Shown in pieces: positions 52,246-59,999 of a stretch of DNA of 61,105 nt. The position numbers and the translations under genes were made by a program. The stretch comes from Spirochaetia bacterium. GTDB taxonomy: Bacteria; Spirochaetota; Spirochaetia; SZUA-6; Fen-1364. Below the pieces are notes generated by a model. It searched no databases. It was not told where the DNA came from and saw only the letters and a program-made list of their open reading frames with translations. The stretch is from NCBI GenBank assembly GCA_052144915.1, contig JBKQPS010000178.1, positions 1-61,105 on the forward strand, read 5' to 3'. Positions within the stretch are counted from its first letter, which is position 1. Each line of letters opens with the position of its first letter.

Positions 52246-53337
52246 ATGCGGAAAGATCGCACGCGGAAAATTGCAGTCATCCCTGGCGACGGGGTAGGCG
52301 CAGAAGTCACGAAGGAAGCCATGCGGGTTGCCGCCGCGGCCGTCTCGCGGGAGGGAGGCCGCGTGGAGGCGGACTGGTTCGACTGGGGCTGCGACCACTA
52401 CCTCCGCACGGGCGCCATGATGCCTCCCGATGCGCTGGAAGCGCTTTCCCGCTACGATGCGATCTACCTGGGCTGCATCGGTGATGCGGCAAAGGTCCCT
52501 GACCATGTCTCGCTGCAGCTCCTGCTCTCCATTCGCAAGGGGTTCGATCAATACGTCAACCTCCGGCCGGTGTACCTCTATCAGGGGGTGAGCACGCCTC
52601 TGAAGGACGTGAAGCCCGGCGGGATAGATTTCGTCGTCGTCCGCGAAAACGTCGAGGGCGAGTACGCGCAGGTGGGCGGACGATTCAAGAAGGGGACATC
52701 CGACGAAATCGCAATCCAGACTTCCCTGTTCACGCGGAAGGGGACGGAACGGACGATGCGCTACGCATTCGACCTCGCGCGGAGGCGGAGGAAACTCGCC
52801 GGCGCCGGCGGGTACGCGGGGATGGTGACGAACTGCTCCAAGTCGAATGCCCTCAATTACTCGATGGTCTTCTGGGATGAGGTCTACGCGCTCGTCGCCG
52901 AAGAGTACCCGGACATCCGAAGGGATTTTGCCCTCGTCGATGCCCTTTCGATGTGGTTCGTGAAGAACCCGGGGTACTTCGACGTCGTGGTCGCCTCCAA
53001 CCTGTTCGGGGACATCATCACGGACCTCGGCGCCATGCTCCAGGGCGGAATGGGGTTTGCCGCCGGCGGCAACATCAATCCCGAGAGGACCTTTCCTTCC
53101 ATGTTCGAGCCGATCCACGGCTCCGCCCCCAAGTACGCGGGCAGGGGAATCGTGAATCCGGTGGCCGCGATCGAGGCGGCGCGGCTGATGCTGGAGAACC
53201 TCGGGATGGAGTCGGCGGCCGGCTTGGTCCACCAGGCCGTGCGGCGCGTCCTTGCGGAAGGCGCCGTCCGCACCCGGGACATGGGGGGAACCGCGAGGAC
53301 CGAAGAGATGGGTCAGGCGATTCACGAGAGACTGTGA
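52246..53337 (+). CDS. Tartrate dehydrogenase / D-malate dehydrogenase-like member of the isocitrate-isopropylmalate dehydrogenase family
   Basis: IAVIPGDGVGAEV, NLRP, VVVRENVEGEY, NLFGDIITDL and GSAP. Confidence 0.85.
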   Translation: MRKDRTRKIAVIPGDGVGAEVTKEAMRVAAAAVSREGGRVEADWFDWGCDHYLRTGAMMPPDALEALSRYDAIYLGCIGDAAKVPDHVSLQLLLSIRKGFDQYVNLRPVYLYQGVSTPLKDVKPGGIDFVVVRENVEGEYAQVGGRFKKGTSDEIAIQTSLFTRKGTERTMRYAFDLARRRRKLAGAGGYAGMVTNCSKSNALNYSMVFWDEVYALVAEEYPDIRRDFALVDALSMWFVKNPGYFDVVVASNLFGDIITDLGAMLQGGMGFAAGGNINPERTFPSMFEPIHGSAPKYAGRGIVNPVAAIEAARLMLENLGMESAAGLVHQAVRRVLAEGAVRTRDMGGTARTEEMGQAIHERL

Positions 53338-53416
53338 GGAGGTGGGCAAGGGCAAAGAATCATCCCGGTCTGGCAGCTTCGCAACGACATTCCCGGAAGG
53401 AGAGAGGAGACAACAC

Positions 53417-54121
53417 ATGAACATTCTCGCATTCGGTGCTCACCCTGACGACGTGGAAATCTTCTGCGCCGGAACCCTTTTGAAGTACGCGGCCTCGGGG
53501 CACAAGATATTCATCGCCCTTGCCACAAGCGGCAACCAGGGTTCGAACATCATCGAGGGCCGTGAGGAAATCGCGCGGATGCGCGAGGCCGAGCAGCTGG
53601 AGGCCGCGAAGCTGTACAAGGCGCAGGTGAGATTCCTCCGCTACGACGACGAGGGGCTCATCTACAGTGAGGAGGTGCGCAAGGACGTTCTCAACGCCAT
53701 GCGCTGGGCGGATCCGGACGTGATCTTCACCCATTTTCCCGGGGACATGAGCACCGACCACAACACGACCGCGACCATCGTGAGCAGGCTGATGCTGTCG
53801 CTGCCGGGAAAGAACGTCAAGGCCGATGTGCCGCCGATCAAGAAGGCTCCGTCACTGTTCTACTGGGACACCGCCGCAGGGGTGAACTTCGACCCGGAAG
53901 TGTACGTGGACATCAGCGACGTCATGGAAAAGAAGCAGCAGGGGCTTGCGTGCCACAAGACCCAGTTCGCGTGGATGGGTACTTTCCAGACGCAGAGTCT
54001 TTCGGACTTGTGCCGGATCATCAGCGAGTTCCGCGGTCTGCAATCGGGGTTCAAGTTTGCGGAAGGATTCCGCGCTTTCCGCAACCACGGCTACATGCCG
54101 AACTTCAAGTTGCTGCCGTAG
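53417..54121 (+). CDS. PIG-L (LmbE) family deacetylase
   Basis: ATG 53417 with GGAAGGAGAGAGGAG upstream. ILAFGAHPDDVEIFCAG and STDHNTTA motifs. Confidence 0.85.
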   Translation: MNILAFGAHPDDVEIFCAGTLLKYAASGHKIFIALATSGNQGSNIIEGREEIARMREAEQLEAAKLYKAQVRFLRYDDEGLIYSEEVRKDVLNAMRWADPDVIFTHFPGDMSTDHNTTATIVSRLMLSLPGKNVKADVPPIKKAPSLFYWDTAAGVNFDPEVYVDISDVMEKKQQGLACHKTQFAWMGTFQTQSLSDLCRIISEFRGLQSGFKFAEGFRAFRNHGYMPNFKLLP

Positions 54122-54310
54122 GCATGGATGCCGAGGGCGAGCGAGCACAGGGAGGTGCGGAAGCGAGCCCATAGGCATGGATGTCGAGGTCGGCCGAGGC
54201 CAGGGAGGGCCGAAAGGCCGCCCGTAGCCATGGATGCGTAGCACGCCGGAGCCTCCCGCCGCGCTTTCGCGCGGCTGCCGGCCCAGGGGCGTGCGAAGGG
54301 GCGAGCGGGT
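54118..54310 (+). repeat. Structured intergenic repeat: about 2.3 tandem 53-bp units (TAG-SC-ATGGATG...) plus a hairpin tail
   Basis: Units start at 54118, 54172 and 54225. The 51-nt ATG..TAG frames lie at 54124-54174 and 54177-54227. The tail is GGATGCGTAGCACGCCG ... GGCGTGCGAAGGGGCGA. A homologous copy lies on the minus strand at 58724-58819. Confidence 0.85.
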
Positions 54311-54392
54311 ACAAGGGGCGCGGCGCAATGAATCCGCGCCGGGGGCGCGGCGCGCCGGATCTCCGGCAGCCGCGGCCTCAAAGGAGTCAATC

Positions 54393-55283
54393 GTGAGCAG
54401 GATCACATGGCCGGGAGGAAACGCGTCCGCAGCGGCGTTCACTTTTGACGAAGATGGGGAAACCGTTGCGTTCGGCTACGACAAGGAGAATGCGGCGTAC
54501 CGCATGTCCCTGCAGTCGGAGGCGACCTATGGGCCCGAGGTCGGGCTGCCGAGGATCCTCGACGTCCTGGATGAACACAAGGTTCCCGCAACATTCTTTG
54601 TTCCCGGCTACACCGCGGAGCGCCACGAGGCTGCGGTGAGGGAGATCGTGAAGCGGGGGCACGAGGTCGCACATCATGGGTATCTCCACGAGCGGCCGGA
54701 TCTCCTTGATGAGCGCCAGGAAGAAGAGATACTGCAGAGGGGAACGCGCATCCTGGAGCGCATCACCGGCAGGAAACCGCGCGGATATCGCGCTCCGTCG
54801 TGGGAAATGAAGGAAAGAACGCCCCGCCTGCTCAGGAACAACGGCTTGCTTTACGATTCAAGCCTGATGGGAGACGATGAACCCTACCGCATCGCCGCAG
54901 GGCAAGGGGAGGAGCTGCTGGAGATTCCCGTTCACTGGACGAACGACGACTGGGTTCACTTCGGCTTCTGTTCCTCGCCCCAGCTGGGCAACGGCATCTC
55001 CAGCCCCTCGAAAGTCTTCGACACGTGGTCCGAGGAGTTCCTCGGCTATCACCAGTTCGGGGGCTGCTTCGTCCTGACCCTGCACCCGTTCGTGATCGGG
55101 AGGCCTTCCCGGATCAGGCTGCTCGATCGCATGATCCGGTTGATCACGGGCACGGACAAGGTGTGGATTGCCACCCTGGAGCAGATCGCGGATTTCATGA
55201 GAGAGAGCGGCACGGGCAGATTCCACCCTCCCGCGGACATGAGGATGGAAGGAAACCAGGAGTTCCACAGCGTCAAGAGGTAG
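54393..55283 (+). CDS. Polysaccharide deacetylase (NodB homology domain)
   Basis: GTG 54393 with AAAGGAG upstream. FTFDEDGE, VPATFFVPG, GHEVAHHGYLHE and RAPSWE. Confidence 0.85.
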   Translation: MSRITWPGGNASAAAFTFDEDGETVAFGYDKENAAYRMSLQSEATYGPEVGLPRILDVLDEHKVPATFFVPGYTAERHEAAVREIVKRGHEVAHHGYLHERPDLLDERQEEEILQRGTRILERITGRKPRGYRAPSWEMKERTPRLLRNNGLLYDSSLMGDDEPYRIAAGQGEELLEIPVHWTNDDWVHFGFCSSPQLGNGISSPSKVFDTWSEEFLGYHQFGGCFVLTLHPFVIGRPSRIRLLDRMIRLITGTDKVWIATLEQIADFMRESGTGRFHPPADMRMEGNQEFHSVKR

Positions 55284-56655
55284 CGAGCATGCCGAGGGCG
55301 AGCGACGCATACGCCTGCGTCCGGAACACGAGATCCGCGACGGCGATGGATTCGTCCGCGCCGTGGAAGTTCGCGAGGCGTGGATCCGAAAGGGGATGGG
55401 CCGGCTCGAACCCGTACGCCACCGCGCCCGTGCGCCTCATCACCGTGGAGTCGGTGTAGCCGATCGACAGGGTTTCCAGCACCCGCGGCGCGGGGGAGGT
55501 GATCCTCGCCAAAGCATCGCCGATCGCCTTGAGAAAATACGGGTCTGCCGGCGATGAGCTGGAAGCAATCGTCTTGTCGAGGGTCACGCGGCAGCCTTCG
55601 AGTCGGACCGTCGCCCGCTCCATCTCGTCCCTGATGTCCCGCTCATCCTGGCCCGGGAGAGTCCTCACGTCGCAGGTCAGGGACGCCGCTTCCGGAACGA
55701 CGTTGGACTTGACGCCGGCCGAGGCCAGGGTCGGCGCAATCGTCATGCTGCACAGACCACGAAGCGGGGAGTACACCGGGCTCTGACGGAAGTCCCTTTC
55801 GAGCATCCGGAGAAAAGCGGCGCCCTCGGGTTTCCCGGGCAGCCGGAAAATGACGTACAGCTTTTCCAGCAGATCCCGGTCCATCCGGATCTCGGGTTCG
55901 TACGCGAGGATCCCGTCGATCGCGCGCGCCATGCCGGCCAGCGGATTCCTGCCCGTCCACGGCTGCGACGCGTGGCAGCTCTTTCCGGGGAAATCGAGCG
56001 TGACTTCCGACCGCCCCTTCTCGCCGATGCTCACGAGCCAGCACACGCCGTCCGGCGTTTCCACCGACGCGCCTCCGCCTTCGTTGATCACGTATTCCGA
56101 TTCCACCCTGCCGCGCGCGTGGCGCACGAGGTGTCCGAGCCCGGCGGGTGCCCCGCACGCCGTTTCCTCGTCGGCCGTGCCGGCCAGGAGCAGCGGCCTT
56201 TCGAGCTTCACGCCCCGCCGCTTCAGGGCGATCATCGCCATCAGCTGGCACGCCGTCACTCCTTTGCAGTCCCAGGCTCCCCGGCCGTAGATCCTGCCGC
56301 CCTGCAGCACGCCTCCGAAGGGGGGGTAGCTCCACGATTTTTCATCGCCGGCGGGAACGACGTCCAGGTGCGAGAGGAAAAGGAGCTTCGCCGTGCGACC
56401 GGCCCTCTGGCCGGGACGCGAGGCGATGATATTGCCCCGCCCCGGCTCACTCTCGAGGATGTCCGCGTCGATCTTTTCCTTTTTCAGCTTGCGCGCGACG
56501 GCACGACACGCCTCGGTTTCGTTGCCCGTCGGCGCAGCACCGGTGTTGACAGTCGGTATCCGGACCAGTTCCTGCACCAGTTCCACCAGCTCGTCCCGCG
56601 AGTCCTCGACCAGCGCGAGCAATTGGTCGTGATTCAGGTCAGCCCTGGTGCGCAT
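55273..56655 (-). CDS. M20-family metallopeptidase / deacylase (ArgE/DapE/CPG2-like)
   Basis: LLFLSHLDVVP, GRGAWDCKG and ADEETAC motifs. 460 aa. Its 3' end overlaps the convergent deacetylase gene by 11 bp. Confidence 0.85.
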   Translation of the reverse strand: MRTRADLNHDQLLALVEDSRDELVELVQELVRIPTVNTGAAPTGNETEACRAVARKLKKEKIDADILESEPGRGNIIASRPGQRAGRTAKLLFLSHLDVVPAGDEKSWSYPPFGGVLQGGRIYGRGAWDCKGVTACQLMAMIALKRRGVKLERPLLLAGTADEETACGAPAGLGHLVRHARGRVESEYVINEGGGASVETPDGVCWLVSIGEKGRSEVTLDFPGKSCHASQPWTGRNPLAGMARAIDGILAYEPEIRMDRDLLEKLYVIFRLPGKPEGAAFLRMLERDFRQSPVYSPLRGLCSMTIAPTLASAGVKSNVVPEAASLTCDVRTLPGQDERDIRDEMERATVRLEGCRVTLDKTIASSSSPADPYFLKAIGDALARITSPAPRVLETLSIGYTDSTVMRRTGAVAYGFEPAHPLSDPRLANFHGADESIAVADLVFRTQAYASLALGMLATS

Positions 56656-56664
56656 GTCTCCTCC

Positions 56665-57462
56665 TCAGGAGCGCCGCGTGAGATCGTCAGGCAGGGCAGG
56701 CGTGTGGCAGAGCTCTTTCAGGATGTCCGCGAGGGGGTTGCAATCCTGCCGGGTGAAGCCGACATGCGAATGCCTCCGCCATCCCTCCGCAAAGGTGAAG
56801 CGGCCGGAGAGCGCGCCCACTTCTTTCGAGCAGTCTCGTGTCATCGTCAGGTAGGAATCGAAGCCCTGGGTCCTGTCGAGCCATTCCTTCTGACTGGCGT
56901 GGCAGGCGAGCAGCTTCTCCTTGCGGTCCACGACCGTGGAGATATCGACGTAGATCTCCGGGACGATCGGCCGCCGCATCATGTCGGTGAGCATGTACGG
57001 CGTGGCGTGGTAGAGCATCGCGTCCTGGAATACTGCCGGCTCGTCCGGGATCGAGTGGTAGTTCGGGACGTTCCGGGAAAAGGTCGCGGTCACGGCGATT
57101 TTTGCCGTGTTCATATGATCGTCCATGTAATCTTCGAGGGACTGCGTGAGCACGAGATCCGGCTTCACCTGGCGCACCAGGGCGGTGATGCGCTTGACCA
57201 GGTCCTGCGTGTAGGAGACTTCCAGGTCGTCGACAAGGCTCTCGTGGAGAACCGATCCGAGCATGCGTGCCGAGGCCTCCGCCTCCCTCCTGCGGACGAC
57301 CGTGATTATCGGGGGCGGCAGGTCGGCGCTCCCGGCCGATCCGTTGGCCACGTTGATCGTGTGGATCGCGCACCCGGCCTGCTTCAAGAGCAGGAGCGTG
57401 CCGCCCATCATCATTTCCATGTCGTCGGGGTGACAGCAGATCGCGAGAACGGTCACGGACAT
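56665..57462 (-). CDS. PIG-L (LmbE) family deacetylase
   Basis: VLAICCHPDDMEMMMGG and a MDDHMNTA-type motif. Lies 9 nt upstream of the M20 gene. Confidence 0.85.
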   Translation of the reverse strand: MSVTVLAICCHPDDMEMMMGGTLLLLKQAGCAIHTINVANGSAGSADLPPPIITVVRRREAEASARMLGSVLHESLVDDLEVSYTQDLVKRITALVRQVKPDLVLTQSLEDYMDDHMNTAKIAVTATFSRNVPNYHSIPDEPAVFQDAMLYHATPYMLTDMMRRPIVPEIYVDISTVVDRKEKLLACHASQKEWLDRTQGFDSYLTMTRDCSKEVGALSGRFTFAEGWRRHSHVGFTRQDCNPLADILKELCHTPALPDDLTRRS

Positions 57463-57538
57463 TCCCCTCTCACCGGGGCGAGTTTCGCCGAATCATCGGG
57501 TGGCGTCACGCCGCACGAACGCGCGGCTCCCGGTCACC

Positions 57539-58693
57539 CTAGGAGCGCTGCGTGATCGGCACGTAGGGCCGCTCCGCGGCGCCCTTGTACAGGCTCTCGG
57601 GCCGGTAGATCTTGCTGCCGTGCTCCCGCTGCTCGAGGATGTGGGCGAGCCAGCCGGACACGCGCGCCATGGCGAAGATCGGTGTGAAGAGGATCTTGGG
57701 AATCCCGAGGAGGTTGTAAACAGCGCCGGAAAAGAAATCGACGTTCGGGTACAGGGGCTTGCCCTTCTCTTCCATGCGCTCGCGGAACTGCCTCTCGATC
57801 TCCTTCAGGATTTCGTAGTCCCGCCAGTCGTCCTTCTTTTCCGAGAGCTCCTTGAGGAACTCCTCCATCACGTACGAGCGCGGATCCTTCACCTTGTACT
57901 CCCGGTGGCCCATGCCGGGCACCTTGCGCTTCTCCGCGATAGCCTTGTCCATCCACGCGCTGACCCCTTCCTTGGTCCCGATCTCCCGCACCATCTCCAG
58001 CACCCTTTCGTTGGCCCCGCCATGCAGGGAGCCGAAGAGCGCGCCGATCGCGGCGGCGATGCTGCAATAGCAGGTGGACATCGTGGAGGCGACCACGCGA
58101 GCCGTGAACGTGGAGGCGTTGAACTCGTGTTCCGCGTGCAGGATCATGCAGCTGTCCATGATCCGCGCCTCGTACGGCTCGGGTTCGTGCCCGCGCATCA
58201 TGTGGAGGAAGTTCCCCCCGTGCGAAATGTGCGGGAGGGGCTGGACATAGCCCTTGCCCTGGCGGAAACGGTGGAACGTCGCGATCACGCTCGCCATCTG
58301 CACGACCTGGTGCAGGGTGTCGCGGCAGTTGCACTGGGGGGAGTGCTGGATCGTGTGCTCGATGTAGACCGAAAGGTAGGCGATGACGGACTGCAGGAGC
58401 TGCATCGGGTGCGCGTTCGCCGGAAAGGTGCGGATCATGATCTGCACCTCGATCGGGATGTCCCGGCTGGACCGCATCCGCGTGCGCCACTCGGACAGCT
58501 CGGCGCTCGACGGCAGCTTCTCGTAGAGCAGGAGGTAGGTCACCTCCTCGAAATCCGAGTTCAGCGCCAGGTCTTCGATGGCATAGCCCCGGTAGTAGAG
58601 CTTTCCATGCGGCCCGTCAACCCGCGAGATCGTCGTCTCATCCGCGATGATCCCTTCCAGCCCCTTGGAATATGTCCCCGATTCCAGGCTCAT
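57539..58693 (-). CDS. gltA: Citrate synthase (short, type I-like)
   Basis: ATG 58693 with GGAGG upstream. GLEGIIADETTIS, YRGY.I.DL, LHAEHEFNASTF, GSLHGGANE and GHREYK. Confidence 0.92.
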   Translation of the reverse strand: MSLESGTYSKGLEGIIADETTISRVDGPHGKLYYRGYAIEDLALNSDFEEVTYLLLYEKLPSSAELSEWRTRMRSSRDIPIEVQIMIRTFPANAHPMQLLQSVIAYLSVYIEHTIQHSPQCNCRDTLHQVVQMASVIATFHRFRQGKGYVQPLPHISHGGNFLHMMRGHEPEPYEARIMDSCMILHAEHEFNASTFTARVVASTMSTCYCSIAAAIGALFGSLHGGANERVLEMVREIGTKEGVSAWMDKAIAEKRKVPGMGHREYKVKDPRSYVMEEFLKELSEKKDDWRDYEILKEIERQFRERMEEKGKPLYPNVDFFSGAVYNLLGIPKILFTPIFAMARVSGWLAHILEQREHGSKIYRPESLYKGAAERPYVPITQRS

Positions 58694-58723
58694 TCCCGCC
58701 TCCTCTTCCGCTGACTGACCATG

Positions 58724-58819
58724 TCGCCCCTCCGCACGCCTGCGGCGTGCTTCGCATCCCTGTCTATGCTCCGCCTTCCGTCCGTCCATGGACTCGGCGG
58801 AGCTCGCCATCCATGGCTA
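58724..58819 (-). repeat. Second copy of the stop-codon-anchored structured repeat (one 51-nt unit plus hairpin tail)
   Basis: On the minus strand it reads TAG-CC-ATGGATGGCGAG...GCATAG (51-nt frame 58814-58764), then GGATGCGAAGCACGCCG-CA-GGCGTGCGGAGGGGCGA. It begins on the sucB stop codon and ends 30 nt before the gltA start. Confidence 0.8.
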
Positions 58820-59989
58820 CGCCTCGATAAACAGCCGCCAGGGATCTTCCACCAGCTCCTTGACCCTCTTGAGAAAGCTCACCGCTTCCTTCCCGTCGAT
58901 CAACCGGTGATCGTAGGTGAGGGCAAGATACATCATCGGGCGGATCACGACCTGCTCCCCGCCCGGGCCCTCCTCCGCGATCGGCCGCCGCTGAATCGTG
59001 TGCATGCCGAGAATTGCCGACTGCGGGTAGTTCAAGAGCGGGGTGGACAGAAGGGAGCCGAACACGCCGCCGTTGGTGATGCTGAAGATGCCGCCCGAAA
59101 GCTCGTCCGGGAGGATCTTCCTGTCCCGCGCCCGCGCCGCAAGGTCTGCCACCGCCGATTCGAGGGCCGCAATTCCCAATCGGTCGGCGCCCCGGATCAC
59201 GGGAACGAGAAGCCCGCGGTCCGTCGAGACCGCGACTCCGATGTCCACGGATTCGGCGTACACGATCTCGCCCCCCTCGATGCGGGCGCCCACGACGGGC
59301 ATCTCGGCGAGTGCGAGGGTGCAGGCCTTCACGAAGAATGACATGAATCCGAGCTTCACCCCGTGGGTACGCTCGAACTCGTCCTTGTACCGGCTGCGAA
59401 GGTCAACGACCTTCTGCAGGTTCACCTCGTTGAATGTGGTCAGGGACGCGGTGGCGTTCCGCGCCTCCACGAGGCGCTCGGCAATGCGCTTTCGGAGGCT
59501 CGTCATGGGCACCCGGCGCGGCCCCGCGCCGTCCACGGGGGCGGACAGGGGCGCAGGCCGGGCCTCAGGAGCAGGCCGGGCCGCCGGCGCCGGCGCCGGC
59601 CCGGGCGAGGCCGCGGGAGGGGCGGGCGTGACACGCGTGGCTTTCGGTTCGGCCGCCGCCTTCACCTCGGGATGGGGAATGGTCCGCGCCGGGGAGGGCG
59701 GCGGGGAGGCCGCCGGCTCCGTTGCGGCCCTCGCTTTCGGCGCCGCGCCCGCCGCTTCCGTGTCGATTGTTCCGACGACCTGGCCGATCGCCACTTCCGT
59801 TCCGGCGGTCACGGCAACCGTCAGGGCGCCGCTCGCCGGGGCAGGAACCGTCACGGTGGCCTTGTCGGTTTCGAGCTCGAAGAGGTCGCTCCCTTCCTCC
59901 ACCAGGTCTCCCGCGGCCTTCAGCCACGAGGCGAGAATTCCCTGGGTGACCGACTCTCCGACGGACGGCACCGTGATCTCTTTTTTCAC
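58817..59989 (-). CDS. sucB: 2-oxoglutarate dehydrogenase E2, dihydrolipoyllysine-residue succinyltransferase
   Basis: GTG 59989 with GAGGAG upstream. Lipoyl domain [11 protein letters not shown], a Pro/Ala linker, and the catalytic [10 protein letters not shown]. Confidence 0.92.
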   Translation of the reverse strand: MKKEITVPSVGESVTQGILASWLKAAGDLVEEGSDLFELETDKATVTVPAPASGALTVAVTAGTEVAIGQVVGTIDTEAAGAAPKARAATEPAASPPPSPARTIPHPEVKAAAEPKATRVTPAPPAASPGPAPAPAARPAPEARPAPLSAPVDGAGPRRVPMTSLRKRIAERLVEARNATASLTTFNEVNLQKVVDLRSRYKDEFERTHGVKLGFMSFFVKACTLALAEMPVVGARIEGGEIVYAESVDIGVAVSTDRGLLVPVIRGADRLGIAALESAVADLAARARDRKILPDELSGGIFSITNGGVFGSLLSTPLLNYPQSAILGMHTIQRRPIAEEGPGGEQVVIRPMMYLALTYDHRLIDGKEAVSFLKRVKELVEDPWRLFIEA

Positions 59990-59999
59990 CCCGCGCTCC

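Noticed and set aside
54124-54241. The 16-codon ATG..TAG units read as genuine small protein genes.
   Set aside because: No Shine-Dalgarno precedes any of the ATGs, and the peptides are poorly conserved apart from their length. They are kept as a property of the repeat element, not annotated as CDS. Ribosome profiling would be needed to change this.
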